This document shows, piece by piece, positions 53,467-64,000 of a DNA stretch of 64,000 nucleotides. The translations under genes were made by a program, and so were the position numbers. The first letter of the stretch is position 1; every line of letters begins with the position of its first letter. The notes below the pieces were generated by a model, which saw only the letters and a program-made list of their open reading frames with translations, ran no database searches and was not told the DNA's origin. Source of the stretch: Octopus vulgaris (Eukaryota); contig OX597826.1 in the NCBI GenBank assembly GCA_951406725.2, positions 25,358,001-25,422,000 of the forward strand, in the 5' to 3' direction.

Positions 53467-55537
53467 TGGAAATTGAAAATTGGAAATTGGAAATTGGAAA
53501 CTGTTGGAAATTGAAAATTGAAAATTGTCTGCAACTTTCCCATGAGAAGGAAAGAGCAGACAAAGAAGCCTGGGCTATAGACAACATAAAAACTAACCCC
53601 AGAGCTTTCTACAGGTATGCCAAAGAAACGGCTACAGTGCACTGTAGGATAGGGCCACTCCTTGAAAAGGATGGCACACTCACAGGAAAACCAATGAGGG
53701 TAAGTGAAATACTGAATGAACAATTCAAGAGTGTTTTCACTCCACCCCTTGGGCATTTCCAAATCAGCAATCCAACTGACTTCTTTACCACTGCAGATAT
53801 AGAATCAGAGGCGGCGACGATAAGTTACATCGAGATAAAGGAAGACGATGTAATAAAGGCTATAGATGAAATGAAAATAGACTCAGCTACTGGCCCCGAT
53901 GGATTCCCGGCAATCCTCCTAAAAGTATGTAAGAGAGTCTTAGCAAGACCACTGCAGTCCCTATTTCAGAGCTTCCTTGCAGCTGGCAAACTTCCAAGGG
54001 GACTGAAGGAAGGTAAAATATGCCCTATTCATAAAAGAGGTAGCAGAGCGGAGGCAAAGAACTACAGACCTATCTCTCTGACCTCACACATCAGCAAGGT
54101 CATGGAACGAATAGTCAGAAGGAAACTAATCACCTTCCTTGAAGAAAATGACTTGCTGCCTGACACCCAACATGGTTTCCGACCAGGAAGAAGCTGCTTA
54201 ACTCAGCTCCTGCAGCACTATGACTGGGTGCTGAAACAACTGCTCAACCACTCAAATGTGGAAGTCATATATCTCGACTTCGCAAAGGCCTTCGATAAAG
54301 TCGATCACGGAATGATATGTCACAGGCTGCGTGATCTTGGCATAGTTGGAAAACTAGGAGAATGGCTTCACGACTTTCTGAAGAATAGAAGTCAGGTGGT
54401 AGTAGCCAATGGGGCCACTTCCATTAACACGCAAATAATGAGTGGTGTTCCACAGGGCACTGTTTTGGGACCACTACTGTTCATAATGGCCCTCTCAGAC
54501 ATGCCCTCAGCCACGCAGAGATCCACGATCACAAGTTATGCAGATGATACAAAAGTTTCACAGGCAATACAGAACCCTGAGGACACTAAAAACCTGCAAT
54601 GTGAGCTGGACGAAATATACAAGTGGGCTGAAAAGAATAGCATGCAGTTCAATGCTGGAAAGTTTCAAACTTTATACTATCAGCATGCAAAACTGAATGC
54701 AATACCCAATGAATACACTGGACCCGGAGGGATTGCAATCCCAGAGGCACAATCAGTGCGTGACCTGGGTATTCACATGAGTGATGACGCGACCTTTCAT
54801 GTACATGTTGCTAAACTGACAGTGAAATGTAGACGGCTGGCTGGCTGGATTCTTAGAACCTTTAGAACAAGAGAACAAGAAACCATGATGGTCCTCTGGA
54901 AGACACTTGTCCTAAGCCACTTTGACTATTGCTCTCAGCTATGGTCACCATCCAGTGTCAAGTTGATCACAGAACTTGAGGCGATCCAACGAAGCTACAC
55001 AAAGAAGATAGCCTCTATGCAGAATGTAAGCTACTGGGAAAGACTCAAGAGATTAAAATTATACTCCCTGGAGCGTAGGCGGGAAAGATATGCCATAATA
55101 TACATCTGGAAGATCCTGGAGGGAAGTGTCCTGAACTTTGGCATCGAGAGTTACACAAATGCCAGAACTGGGCGCCACTGCGTGGTGCCTAGGACTCCAA
55201 ACCTGCCATCAAGATGTAGGACAAGATTCTGTGATAGCCTGGGCTTCCGAGGCCCACAGCTCTTCAATATCCTCCCGAAGAACCTGAGAGACCTGCATGG
55301 GGTGGATACAGATGTCTTTAAAATGAAGCTGGATCTCTTCCTGTCAGGTGTCCCAGATGAACCAACTTCACGGCAGGAGGGGCAGATGAGGGCAGCTGCA
55401 TCGAACTCTCTCATGCACCAAATAGCAGTTGCTAGAAAGCCTCCATGAAGTGAAACCAAGTAGCAACACCAAATGGCGGTGCCCCAGCATGGCCACAGCT
55501 CATAGGCTGGAACTGGAATCAATCAATCAATCAATCA

Positions 55538-55540
<3 letters not shown>
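53467..55540 (+). mobile_element. CR1-group (CR1/L2/Daphne-like) LINE, 5'-truncated, with (AATC)n tail
   Basis: RT-coding region, a short 3' UTR and an (AATC)n tail at 55517-55540, embedded in (TA)n. Confidence 0.92.
53520..55448 (+). pseudogene. LINE ORF2 reverse transcriptase, open frame of about 640 codons, lacking the N-terminal endonuclease
   Basis: [62 protein letters not shown] and SLERRR, with no internal stops. Confidence 0.92.
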
Positions 55541-55604
<64 letters not shown>

Positions 55605-55647
55605 GTATATATATATATATGTATATATATATATGTATATATATATG

Positions 55648-55684
<37 letters not shown>

Positions 55685-55725
55685 GTATATATATATATGT
55701 ATATATATATATGTATATATATATG

Positions 55726-55876
<151 letters not shown>

Positions 55877-55883
55877 GTATATA

Positions 55884-55926
<43 letters not shown>

Positions 55927-55943
55927 GTATATATATATATATG

Positions 55944-55976
<33 letters not shown>

Positions 55977-56089
55977 ATGTATATATATATGTATATATAT
56001 ATGTATATATATATACATGTATATATATATGTATATATATATATGTATATATATATGTATATATATATATATGTATATATATATGTATG

Positions 56090-56152
<63 letters not shown>

Positions 56153-56287
56153 GTGTATATATGTATATATATATACACATATATATATATACATATATAT
56201 ACATATATATACATATATACACATATATATATATATATACATATATATATATGTTTGTATGTATATATGTATATATATATATATATA

Positions 56288-56503
56288 TTTTTTCCCTCTA
56301 GTTTCAGCTCAGAGCTGCGGCCATGGTGATGCACCGCCTTTGTTGTGGCGAAATTGTCAGCAGAAGTTCGCCATTACCTTCTGCTGGAGCCGCGTGGAGC
56401 TTAGGTGTTTCGCTCATAAACACACACACCGCCCGGTCTGAGATTCAAACCCACCATCCCTCGACCGTAAGTCTACTGCTCTAACCACTAGGCCATGTGC
56501 CTC

Positions 56504-56506
<3 letters not shown>
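56288..56506 (-). mobile_element. Chimeric SINE: family C head with CR1-type tail
   Basis: 56342-56506 matches the 5' half of 44680-44966. 56298-56338 reads ggcggtgcatcaccatggccgcagctctgagctgaaac on the minus strand. Confidence 0.75.
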
Positions 56507-56553
<47 letters not shown>

Positions 56554-57274
56554 ATGTATGTGTGTGTGTGTGTATGTATATATGTTTGCATATATATATA
56601 TTGCGGTGATGTAGATGTCTGGCAAGTAATTTGATCTGAGACTGTGTGTTGAAACTAAAACAATTACAGCATGAAAGACATATATTGGCTATTCAAAAAC
56701 AACACACAAACTGTTAACTTCATTTAAAGATGTATTATTTGGTGTCAAAACAGCTTTTGTGAGTTTCTGAATTGCCAATATGTGTCTTCCATGCTGTAAT
56801 TACTCATATACATACATAGATACACATACACACACACGCACACACACATGTATATACATATATATATATATATACATACACACATATACATAGATGCTTA
56901 TACAGATATACATATATATAGATACATATACACAATTATAGATATATATACATCCACAAACACATATATATTTACATTCATATACATATATACACATATA
57001 CGTATATCTCCATAGTTACAAACACATGCATATATATACATACAGGCATACACTCATATATACATATATATAGAGAGAGGGGAGAGAGATACATATATAT
57101 ATATAAATATACAGGTGTTATCACACTCACACTAACATCTAGAGAGCCAAGGGAAATAACTGAAATGGGCCAAAGGCATAACATTGGATAACTAAATTAA
57201 AGTGTAATTAACTGAATGCTATGAGCAAAAAACAATTCAGTTTATTGAAATTACATAAAAAGCATCATTCAAGC

Positions 57275-57592
57275 GATGGGCCTTACAGAGGCAGTGACAG
57301 GTGCCTGAAACCTTTGGTAGCACACAGAGTTTGTGAAGACCTTTCAAACTGAGATGGTAGTCGTGGCTGATGTTGGTGTCACATCAACGACATCCATGCT
57401 GGTGACATGTAAAAAGCACCCACTACACTCTTGGGGTGGTTGGTGTTAGGAAGGGCATCCAGCTACAGAAACCATGCCAAATCGGATTGGAACCTGGTGC
57501 AGCTCCCAGCATACCAGTTTTCAGTCAAACTGACCAACCTATGCCAGCATAGAAAGCAGACATTAAATAACGATGATGATGATGATGATGAC
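57275..57592 (+). mobile_element. Older RTE 3' fragment
   Basis: Decayed MGLTEAVT... C-terminus, the gttaggaagggcatccagct UTR motif and a (GAT)n tail. Confidence 0.65.
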
Positions 57593-58657
57593 CGTCATTT
57601 TTTATTCAATTACATAAATGAAAATTATCCTAGGAATATGAAAGGAATATTAAATTTTCATCCACCTGTCAGCTATTTGCAATCAGAGGATGACAGCAAA
57701 AACATAGCAGTGACATGGCATTCAGTTCAGATGATTGAGGTACCACAAACCAACACAGCCAGAAATATGATTTTTATATCCTGTATGGCAATTCTCTTGA
57801 CCAGAATATTGTTTTTAAATTTCGCACAAGGCCACCAATTTCGGGGAGGGCTAAGTTGATCACATCAACTCCAGTTCTCAACTAGTACTTATTTTATCAA
57901 CCCAGAAAAGGTCAGCCCCTCTGTATCCCCTAGCTTAATGACAAAATCATCTTATTAAATTCTTCATTATTTTTAAAATCACTGTAACAAAGGCAATATA
58001 TTTCATCAAAAATATGGTAACAAAAGGGTTTAAATAGTTTTTAATAAGTGTCAAATGAAACATACTAAATTTGCTTTTTCCATAAAATATACTTGTATAA
58101 CAGGGGTGCGTCTTATATGCCAGCAAATATGGTGTATATTTAAACATACACACAGAGACACTGAGAAATAGATGTATATATATTGGCATAGGCCGGAGAA
58201 TTCAGTATGAACAAAAATATCTTGTGGTACTTAGTTCCACCCTGGTTATATTCCTTCACACTTAGGGATTTGAACAGCCCAAACAAATAAAGCAAAGCAC
58301 TTTCTTTTCTCCAATGCTTTAACGAGTCTCTGACCCACTATGGTTATGATGATGATGAGAAGGAGGATAATGATAATAATAATGAGGAGTGAGGAGGCGA
58401 AAGAAACGGATTATAAAAGAAATAAAATGATTTTAGGAAGGGATGCCATGAAGGAAAAACTGGGATGGTGTATATAGAGTGTGGGAATGTTTAAAGGGGT
58501 GTGTTGAAATGATATAAGCAGGGTGGATGCGAGGGTAGAGAAAGAGAGGGGAGAGGGATGTGCATAAAAGGATTTCATGAAAGTTATTAGATAAACAGGA
58601 GCTGTCCTGTGGCAGGAGTCCCAACTTTGTCGGTAACACACAAATATATATGTATTC

Positions 58658-58691
<34 letters not shown>

Positions 58692-58972
58692 ATATACACA
58701 CACATACGTATATACATGCATTCATATGCAAAAATATAGATACACACACACACACATACATATCCATGTATTCATATAACATATATACACACACACAAAT
58801 ATAGATTCATATAGCTTTATACAGGCACACATATACATACATATACACACAAAAATATATATTCATATACATATATATGCACACACAAATATACATATAT
58901 ACACACACACATATATATATAAACACACACACCTACACATACATGCGTATATATACTACATATATGTATATT

Positions 58973-59012
<40 letters not shown>

Positions 59013-59214
59013 CATAGGCACTATACATTATTACACATACATCCACATGCACTTATATACATGAAAACATGGACCCTTCCTTTTTCCCCGACCTTAAGGT
59101 AATCATATTGATATGATGACTACACACATGACACATACATAAGGGAGTCAATTCAAAACATTGGGGATTAGTTTTCCGTTGGTGAGCCTTGTTTAGAAAG
59201 GGTATATTTACCTC

Positions 59215-60365
59215 AGAAAGGAAGGAAAATAACAACAGTGGGCAAAGAAAAATAGACAGTGATGGTAGAAGTGAGATTAGGAGGGAAGGAGGTGGAGGAA
59301 GGGATTAGAGAATAAGGAAGAGGAGGGTGTAGAGAATATGAATTGAGAAAGGGAAGAGAGATAAGAAGATGGAGGAGATGGAGAAAAGAGAAAAAGAAAT
59401 AAAAATAGATGAATAGAGATGAGAAAAGATGAGGAGGAGTTGAAGAAGAATTAAATGAAAGAAAAGTTAATGAAAAAGAATGAGGCAATGAAAGAAAAGA
59501 ATGAGATGACAAAGAAAAATTGGAGTGATGAATAAGATGAATGAGGTGACAAAGAAGAAGAATGGGATGAAAAAAAGAATGAGGTGAAGAAGAAGAAGAA
59601 TGAAATGATGAAAAAAACAACAAGGTGATGATGGAAAGAGTAATAAGGTGATGAAAAAAGAAGAATGAGGTTGAAGAAATAGATAAATAAAAAAAATTGT
59701 GAAGATGAAAATGAAAAAAAAAAAAAGAAACAGAGGTGAAAGATGAAGAATGAGAATTAACAAATAACAACAATTGTACCGGAAAGTGGTGGGGAGAGGT
59801 ACAGAAAGAGAATAAGAACATCAACATGAAATATGTCAAATAACCTTCCCCCTACCCCCACTACAGAGGAAATACCTTAAGTTGAAGAACTTAAGTATTG
59901 ACTAACAAGCACTGGTTTAGCGGTGGTGGTGGTGGTGGTGGTGGGTGGCAGGTGGAGGGTAGTGGTGATAGGATAGTGGTAGGAGAGGTGATGGTGGCAC
60001 TGCTGCTGGTGGTGATAGTAGTAGCAGGAGAGGTGGTGGTGGTGGTGGTGGGTGATGGAGGTGGTTGCAGTGTTAGTAGTGGTGGGGTGATGATAGAGGT
60101 GGGAGTTATAGTGGAGGCAGGGGTCAGAGTGATGGTGAGGGCAATGTTAGTGACAGCAGAGGTAGCAGTCTTGGAAGTGATAAATAAACAGTGACAGTAA
60201 TTGTGACGATGGTGGTAGTGGTGGTGTTGGTAGTTGTGGTGATGGTGGTAGTGGTGGTGTTGGTAGTTGTGGTGATGGTGGTAGTGGTGGTAGAGTAGTA
60301 GAAGAGAGAGAGAGAGAGGAAAGACAAGGTAAACATGAATGGAAATGATGGTAGTAGAAACAGTA
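59215..60365. repeat. Purine-rich (GAA/GAT) and (GGT)n low-complexity tracts
   Basis: Visible directly. Confidence 0.85.
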
Positions 60366-60491
60366 GTCACATGGATAACCCTTTATGTGAAATCCTGAGA
60401 GCTTTCAAAGTCCAAAATTTGATTGACTGAAATAATCATCATCATCATCATCATCACCACCACCACCACCACCACTATCATCATCATTTAA

Positions 60492-61043
60492 CCCTTTCAA
60501 TGCCAACCAGGCTAGAACCGCATCTGGCTCTGTAGTACAAATGTCATGTTTTCCAAAGTTCTGAATTAAAATCTTCCACCAAACCCTAGTCACAATTTAT
60601 GTTCATAACACTAGCTTAATGATAATGAAGTTATTTTACTAAGTTTTTTGTTATAATTAAATTTTTTTTTTATTTATGCGCCCTTTTCAAGCCTAGCCAG
60701 GCTCATGGGCCCAGTTTCCATGGAGTATGCGTTCTCCCCCAGCTGGACGAGATGCCAGTCCATTGCAGCATTATTCAAGAAACAGGAAGAAAGAGTGAGA
60801 GAAAGTTAGGGCGAAAGAGTACAACAGGAGTCGCCACCACCCCCTGCTGGAACCTCGTGGAGCTTAAGGCGTTTTTGCTCAATAAACACAAACAACGCCC
60901 GGTCTGGGAATCGAAACTGCGATCCTCTGACCGCAAGTTCGCTGCCCTAACCACTAGGCCATTGCACCTCCACTATAATTAAAATTAATTGGAAAGAAAC
61001 ACAGAGCACCTCAAAAGAAAGAACAAAAGAAGTAACAAAAGGG
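60492..61043. mobile_element. TTAA MITE (third copy) interrupted by a SINE
   Basis: Ends read TTAA|CCCTTT...AAAGGG|TTAA. A family C-related SINE at 60662-60973 (-) has TSD tataattaaa at 60652-60661 and 60974-60983. Confidence 0.85.
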
Positions 61044-62354
61044 TTAATGTCCACTTGTCCATCTTTGCATGGGTCAGATGGAATTTATAGGGGGAGATTT
61101 TTTTACAGCTGGATGCCCTTCCTGTCACCAACCCTCACTTGTTTCCAAGTAAGGTAAAATTTCTCCATTTCCCCATGACCAGACTTGTTTACAGAGAATA
61201 TTAGCATCAAATATTGGTACAAGGGCTGCAAGTTCAAGAGATGGGGTAAGTCAATAACATTGACCCCCACCCCCACCCCAGTGTTCGGCTGGTACAGTTT
61301 TTGTTGACAACACAGTGGGACTGAACCTGGAACCATATAGTTGGTAAGCAAGCTACTTACGACACAGCCACTCATGTGCAGACGGCTTTCCTGTCCCTCT
61401 CTTAAGACATTCTCTCAAAGTGTTCAAAATAATTTTTCCTTTTGTTCCGGCTTAACAGCCCTTACCGTTTGTTTTTACTGTGTTATTCTCCTTGTCCTGT
61501 CTTTTACTGTTTTTATTTGTATTGCTTTTACTGTCCTGTTCTTGTTACCACTTTTACCCCTCCGCAAAAAATTCCAAATTTTATTTAATTTGCTTTACAG
61601 GAAGGACTGTTTCAACGAAGTCATGTCTTGCCCTTACCTTCAAAACACAGGGGAGACGAAGCAGGGGCAGCTGAAGAAGGGGAATATTCCTTGTGTTGTA
61701 TGTCTTGTACTCCGTTTTTTCGTTGTTTGAAAAAAGTCCGTTTCCATGGTTTGTTTTTATGTTTTCGTTTCTCATTGTGTTCAACGTCTATTTGGTGTCC
61801 TGTACCCATATATGCATGTATATATACATATAGATGTAGGTATGTACATATATGTATGTATATATGCATATGTTTTATTTATTATTTTGTTATTATATAT
61901 ATATATATAATCATTTAATGTCCATTTTCCATCCAGGCATGGGTTGGAGGTTTGGACGGTTTGACTGGAGCTGATAAAACCAGGGGTAGCACCAGGCTCC
62001 ATTTGTCTGTTCTGGCATGGTTTCTATAGCTGGATGCCCTTCCTAACACCAACCACTCCACAATGTGTACTGGGTGCTTTTTATATGATACCAGCATCCA
62101 TTTCAATTTAACAGCTGTAAACATATGTCTAAGTTTATTTTGAAGAATTGGAAAATTCCGTCTATACCTGATTAACTTGTCGATATCTTTCCAGCCTTAT
62201 AATTTAATGTCTAAGGAGCATAACTCTTCTACCTTCTTTGATTTTTACTTATACATTTTCTGTTTTTTTTAACCTGTCATGTTTTCTATGTTTCCTTCTC
62301 AACTTTTCGTGTTTCTTCTCTCATTCAATTTATATTTCATTATGATATGTAGTT

Positions 62355-62411
62355 TGTGCCTGATGAATACATTTGAGGTATTTCTCAAAGTATGAAACTC
62401 TTAGTAACACA
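62355..62411 (+). ncRNA. Type I hammerhead ribozyme motif (canonical core)
   Basis: UGUGC CUGAUGA AUAC(A)UUUGAG GUAUUU CUCAAAGUAU GAAAC UCUUA GUA ACACA. Confidence 0.62.
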
Positions 62412-62456
62412 TAAATACATGTATTGTGTCTATTAAGTAATATTTATCTCTCACCA

Positions 62457-62758
62457 TGGAGGCACATGGCCTAGGGGTTAGAGCAGCAGACTCGCAGTCG
62501 AGGGATCGCGGGTTCGAATCTCAGACCGGGCGATGAGTGTGTTTATGAGCGAAACACCTAAGCTACACATGGATCCGGCAGAAGGTAATGGCGAACTTCT
62601 GCTGACTCTTTCGCCACAACTTTCTCTCACTCTTTCCTCCTGTATCTTGCAGCACACCTGCGATGGGCCGGCGTCCCGCTCAGGTGGGGAATCTATATGC
62701 CAAAGAAACCGGGAAACCGGGCCTTATGAGCCAGGCGTGGCTCAAGAAGGAACAAACA

Positions 62759-62760
<2 letters not shown>
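62457..62760 (+). mobile_element. SINE family C, full length
   Basis: Homologous to 44680-44966, with boxes A and B and an (AAAC)n tail. Confidence 0.88.
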
Positions 62761-62829
<69 letters not shown>

Positions 62830-62967
62830 TGGAGATGTACTCGCATAGCAAGTAATTTGATCTGAGATCGTGTGCTGAAACGAAAACAATTGCAGCGTGG
62901 AAGGTGTTTATAAGCCATTTAAGAAACACACAAAAGCCGTTCGATTCACTTCAACATTTAAGTTTAA

Positions 62968-63017
62968 TTTGTCAAAATATTTTCGTCGCTAAAATCCGCG
63001 ACTTGTTCACTGACAAA
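62968..63017 (-). ncRNA. Second hammerhead-like motif with G3-C8 core (opposite arm)
   Basis: The minus strand reads UUUGUCA GUGAACA A GUCGC GGAUUUUA GCGAC GAAAA UA UUU UGACAAA. Confidence 0.6.
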
Positions 63018-63025
63018 AACGGATT

Positions 63026-63076
63026 TTTGTCAGTGAACAGGTCGCGGTCTTAAAGCGACGAAAATATTTTGACAAA
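63026..63076 (+). ncRNA. Hammerhead-like motif with G3-C8 swapped core
   Basis: UUUGUCA GUGAACA G GUCGC GGUCUUAAA GCGAC GAAAA UA UUU UGACAAA. Confidence 0.6.
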
Positions 63077-63858
63077 TTAAACTTAAATGTTGAAGTGAAT
63101 CGAACGGCTTTTGTGTGTTTCTTAAATGGCTTATAAACACCTTCCACGCTGCAATTGTTTATATATAAATATATATATATATATGAGTGTGTGTATGTGA
63201 GAAATTATGATATATGTGTATGTATGTGTGTCCATATTTAGCACCCCTAGTTTGTTTACATCCCCATAACTTAGCAGTTCTACCAAAGAACTGATAAAAT
63301 AAGTACCAGACTTAAAAATAAAACAAAAGAGAACCTGGGTTGATTTTGCTCAACTCAACCCTTTTATGGCAATGCTCCAGCATGAACACAATGAAAACAT
63401 ACAATATTTCCGAATTCCTAAAAAATTTACTGAAATCTGAAAAGGAAAAGAAAAAAAAAAAAAAACAGTTCAGAATCCAAAACACTTCCGGTCCCAAACA
63501 TTTCGGATAAAGTAGTAGTAGTAGTAGTGGTGGTGGTGGTAGCAGTGCCAACTTTTGTGGCAGTGTTGGTGGTTGGCTTTTGATGTAAGACATGATGTTA
63601 TTAGTTCAAACAGACATGCTCTCTCTCTCTCACCCCTCCCCACAGCCCCTGCAACCCCTTCCATATCACCAATGTGAAATTAGAGATTTAACATTTGACA
63701 TTTTGCAGGGATTGTCTACAAGGACATGGGGATAGTCAGGAGTGGGACTGGCTGAATGAGAGCAAAGGGAGAGAGAGAAGAGAAGTGTATGTGTGGGGGG
63801 GAGGATTGGAAAAAAGAGAAGGATGACAAAGAGGGGAAGGGAGAAGAAAAGAAAGTAA

Positions 63859-63892
<34 letters not shown>

Positions 63893-64000
63893 GAAGCCAG
63901 ATGAGAGAGAAAGGGTTAACAGGGAAAAAATGAAAAAAAGCAAATAAAAGCTAGAGGAATAGAATTAAAAAAGATAGGAATTTCCTTGCCATTCACAATA

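Larger units (their letters stand above)
62884..63160. repeat. 277-bp near-perfect palindrome (fold-back, probable inverted PLE pseudo-LTR pair)
   Basis: Arms 62884-63019 and 63024-63160 are reverse complements except for a short internal patch. A diverged relative of the left arm and its flank lies at 56605-56760. Confidence 0.92.

Noticed and set aside
61595-61700. Hammerhead in the 8893/17430/61640 repeat family
   Set aside because: CUGAAGA and GAAAC...GUA pieces exist but cannot be assembled into a consistent fold in either copy. At best it is degenerate.
63410-63510. Tigger/pogo-like terminal fragment (also 58085-58135)
   Set aside because: Only one partial TIR-like end is recognisable from memory, with no matching opposite end in the window.

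Overview
Repeat-saturated, AT-rich animal genomic DNA that reads as intergenic or intronic. The repeat repertoire looks like that of an octopus or other cephalopod, which is an inference from memory and not a database result. I found no convincing host protein-coding gene, and most ORF-track entries are translations of (TA)n, (CA)n, (CAT)n, (AAT)n or (GGT)n repeats. The real coding signal comes from transposons. There are two 5'-truncated RTE-clade LINEs with a C4HC3 (PHD-like) finger inside the RT region, one CR1-group LINE with an open RT frame, and a Penelope-like GIY-YIG endonuclease fragment. There is also a full-length but dead mariner and a decayed DD37D-type Tc1/mariner. Non-coding mobile elements include at least four SINE families, TTAA-flanked MITEs and Helitron/Helentron-type elements. 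The most notable signal is a set of minimal type I hammerhead-ribozyme folds from at least six unrelated repeat families, often inside fold-back inverted repeats. Several have non-canonical cores, including a G3-C8 compensatory swap on both arms of a 277-bp palindrome and an A6U family. RFX X-box-like palindromes in unique sequence may mark host regulatory elements. Boundaries of degenerate repeats are approximate.
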